Positions 38,590 to 40,423 of a DNA stretch of 40,423 nucleotides are shown piece by piece. Source of the stretch: Octopus sinensis (Eukaryota). The stretch covers positions 1 through 40,423 of the forward strand of contig NW_021831923.1 in assembly GCF_006345805.1 (NCBI RefSeq), written 5' to 3'. Under the pieces are notes generated by a model. It was not told the DNA's origin and ran no database searches. It was given only the letters and a program-made list of their open reading frames with translations. Every line of letters begins with the position of its first letter. Positions within the stretch are counted from its first letter, which is position 1. Both the position numbers and the translations under genes were made by a program.

Positions 38590-38749
38590 ATATATATATA
38601 TATGTGTATGTATATATATTAGTATATATATATATAATATATATATATTTAATCCAAACATGAAAACACAAAGAGAAAACACAACAACGCGAGGACGTGG
38701 AGCAAGTATAGTGTTATGGGACGCTCAGGAAAGGAAAGAAAGAAGGAGG

Positions 38750-38784
38750 ATTTAACGTTTCAAGCAGAGATCTTCGTCAGAAAC
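38750..38784 (-). ncRNA. Degenerate minimal hammerhead motif in a Penelope-like fragment (about 38650-39130)
   Basis: The minus strand reads GTTT CTGACGA a gatc-tct-gctt GAAA CGT T AAAT. The core is intact with an ACGT palindrome, but stem II has a mismatch. Confidence 0.55.
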
Positions 38785-39280
38785 ATAGGAAAAGGAAAGA
38801 GCCAAGGAAAGGAAGGCGGAGGAAAAAATCGCCAACGATATACACACGCGCTCAAGAGGGTGTGAATGTCTGTGTAGGTGTAAATGGTGGCGACAAAAGG
38901 AGAAAAGTGGAAGTAGAAGAAAAGTAAAAAGAGGACGAAAAAAAGTGGAAGAGTCACGGACAAATTTTTTGATGATTTCCAATCACCATTACAGTGGCGT
39001 ACTCCGGATGAATGGTAACAGTAATCCGTAGGTGTAAAAATCTAGGAATTGGTTATCCAAGTCAATAAACATATAAATTAGCTGTAATTGGGGTAGAACT
39101 AAGACTTTTATTATTTCAGTTAGAATTTTAAAACAACCCATATGAATCGAGTCATTGTTTTATACACTTTCATAATTACATATGTGTTTATACATACACA
39201 TGCACTCGTATATATATATATGATTGATTTGATTTCGATTTTTCCAGTTTCAGCTAATGAGCTGTGGCCATGCATATAAT

Positions 39281-39316
<36 letters not shown>

Positions 39317-39401
39317 CTATATATATAATATATATATATATATATACGTTTAAATATTTGTTGTGCAAGAATTTTTTATGTGAAGTTGTGTGTTGAAACA
39401 G

Positions 39402-39669
39402 ATATTGTTATATTTCGGAATGGTCATATTGCCAGTTTAGCCAATAGAAATACAAAATGGCTGACGGTTAGTAAGGAGAGACACAAATAAGAAAGAAGAA
39501 AACAAAGGACCACTGATGCGGTCACAGGAGTGTGACGAAAGAACTCTGGCCGAAATAAGATTAAGATTAATGTAAAAAATAACACTGAAGCAAAATAACA
39601 CCAAATATATAGTGCGTGTGTTTTTATTGGCTAAACTGGCAATATGACCATTCCGAAATATAACAATAT
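39402..39669. repeat. Perfect 45-bp inverted repeat enclosing a hammerhead-like motif
   Basis: 39402-39446 is the exact reverse complement of 39625-39669. Confidence 0.93.
39510..39549 (+). ncRNA. Minimal type I hammerhead motif with one core substitution
   Basis: CCA CTGATGC G GTCACA-ggag-TGTGAC GAAA G-aa-CT C TGG gives a 3-bp stem I, a perfect 6-bp stem II, GAAA and a CUC cleavage triplet. A9 is replaced by C. Confidence 0.6.
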
Positions 39670-40054
39670 ATATATATACATCTCGTTGTGGAAGCTTACT
39701 GAGTGGCCTCTTCCGATCTTTTAGATAGCACTCGACAACTACACTAATTCACCCCAGACTGCGAACCTTGCGACATGTGCGACCCTATTGGAACTTGTGC
39801 TTTTAGTATTCCATAAACATATCGCTCACTCTGCTCTGTTCTCGAATAATCTCAATGCGCATATTTTCCCTGGATTTTTCCATTGTTCTTTGCTTCATAA
39901 CTATTCCATGTTCTTGCCGCTTCGTAACAACCCACGTCTCAGTTGTTTATAAGAAGGCAAGTCTGACACGTAAGTTTTGTCCAGAGACTGGATCCCATGG
40001 GGAGACCTGATGTCTGTTTGCATATATGGTCTTGGAAAGAGGTATATCCTTTCT

Positions 40055-40180
40055 ACATCGGCGAAAGAAAGCAATCGAAAAAATACCAGACTCAAAAATA
40101 CGTACTGGGGTCTATTGACTGAAACAAGTAAGGTGGTGCCCCAGCATGGCCGCAGTCCAATGACTGAAATAAATAAGAGA
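40055..40180 (+). mobile_element. SINE family B 3' half
   Basis: Tail ggtggtgccccagcatggccgcagtccaatgactgaaat. Confidence 0.7.
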
Positions 40181-40423
40181 TAAAATATAATACATGATTA
40201 CATATTATTTATTTAAAGGTCACAATATATATATATTAAAGAGAGACTAATAGTTTTATATGTTCAGAAAATCAAACATATTCTTCAGGCGCAAACCACG
40301 TATTATAACGAACTAAAGAAATTGAATGATAGAAGAAACGCGAAAAAAAAAAGAGAAGGCAGCATATAGAAAACATAGGCAGTAAACAATGGAGAACGAA
40401 AAACAGAAACTACAATGTTAAAA

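Overview
This is repeat-saturated, AT-rich animal genomic DNA with no complete protein-coding gene. The SINE families and microsatellite load suggest an octopus (inference from memory of octopus SINEs, not checked against a database). Nearly all ORFs in the track are microsatellite artefacts. The real coding remnants are transposon-derived: an L1/Tx1-type ORF1 (1-2266, minus), two mariner fragments, two CR1-group LINE ORF2 fragments, an L1/Tx1 ORF2 fragment and five R4/Dong-type RLE fragments. Main points of interest: (1) several minimal type I hammerhead ribozyme motifs in Penelope-like fragments, one with an intact core at 29058-29105; (2) a head-to-tail train of four retroelements joined only by (AAT)n tracts (32756-35619), plus other elements seated in (GATA)n and (CATA)n, suggesting several microsatellite-targeting systems; (3) a duplicated, frame- and stop-conserved candidate terminal exon (5381-5430 and 10059-10111) of an unidentified host gene; (4) a covarying 3' stem-loop shared by SINEs and the CR1-group LINE; (5) SINE multimers with a fixed junction and several fold-back structures. 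Edges of degenerate repeats are approximate to about 10-20 bp.
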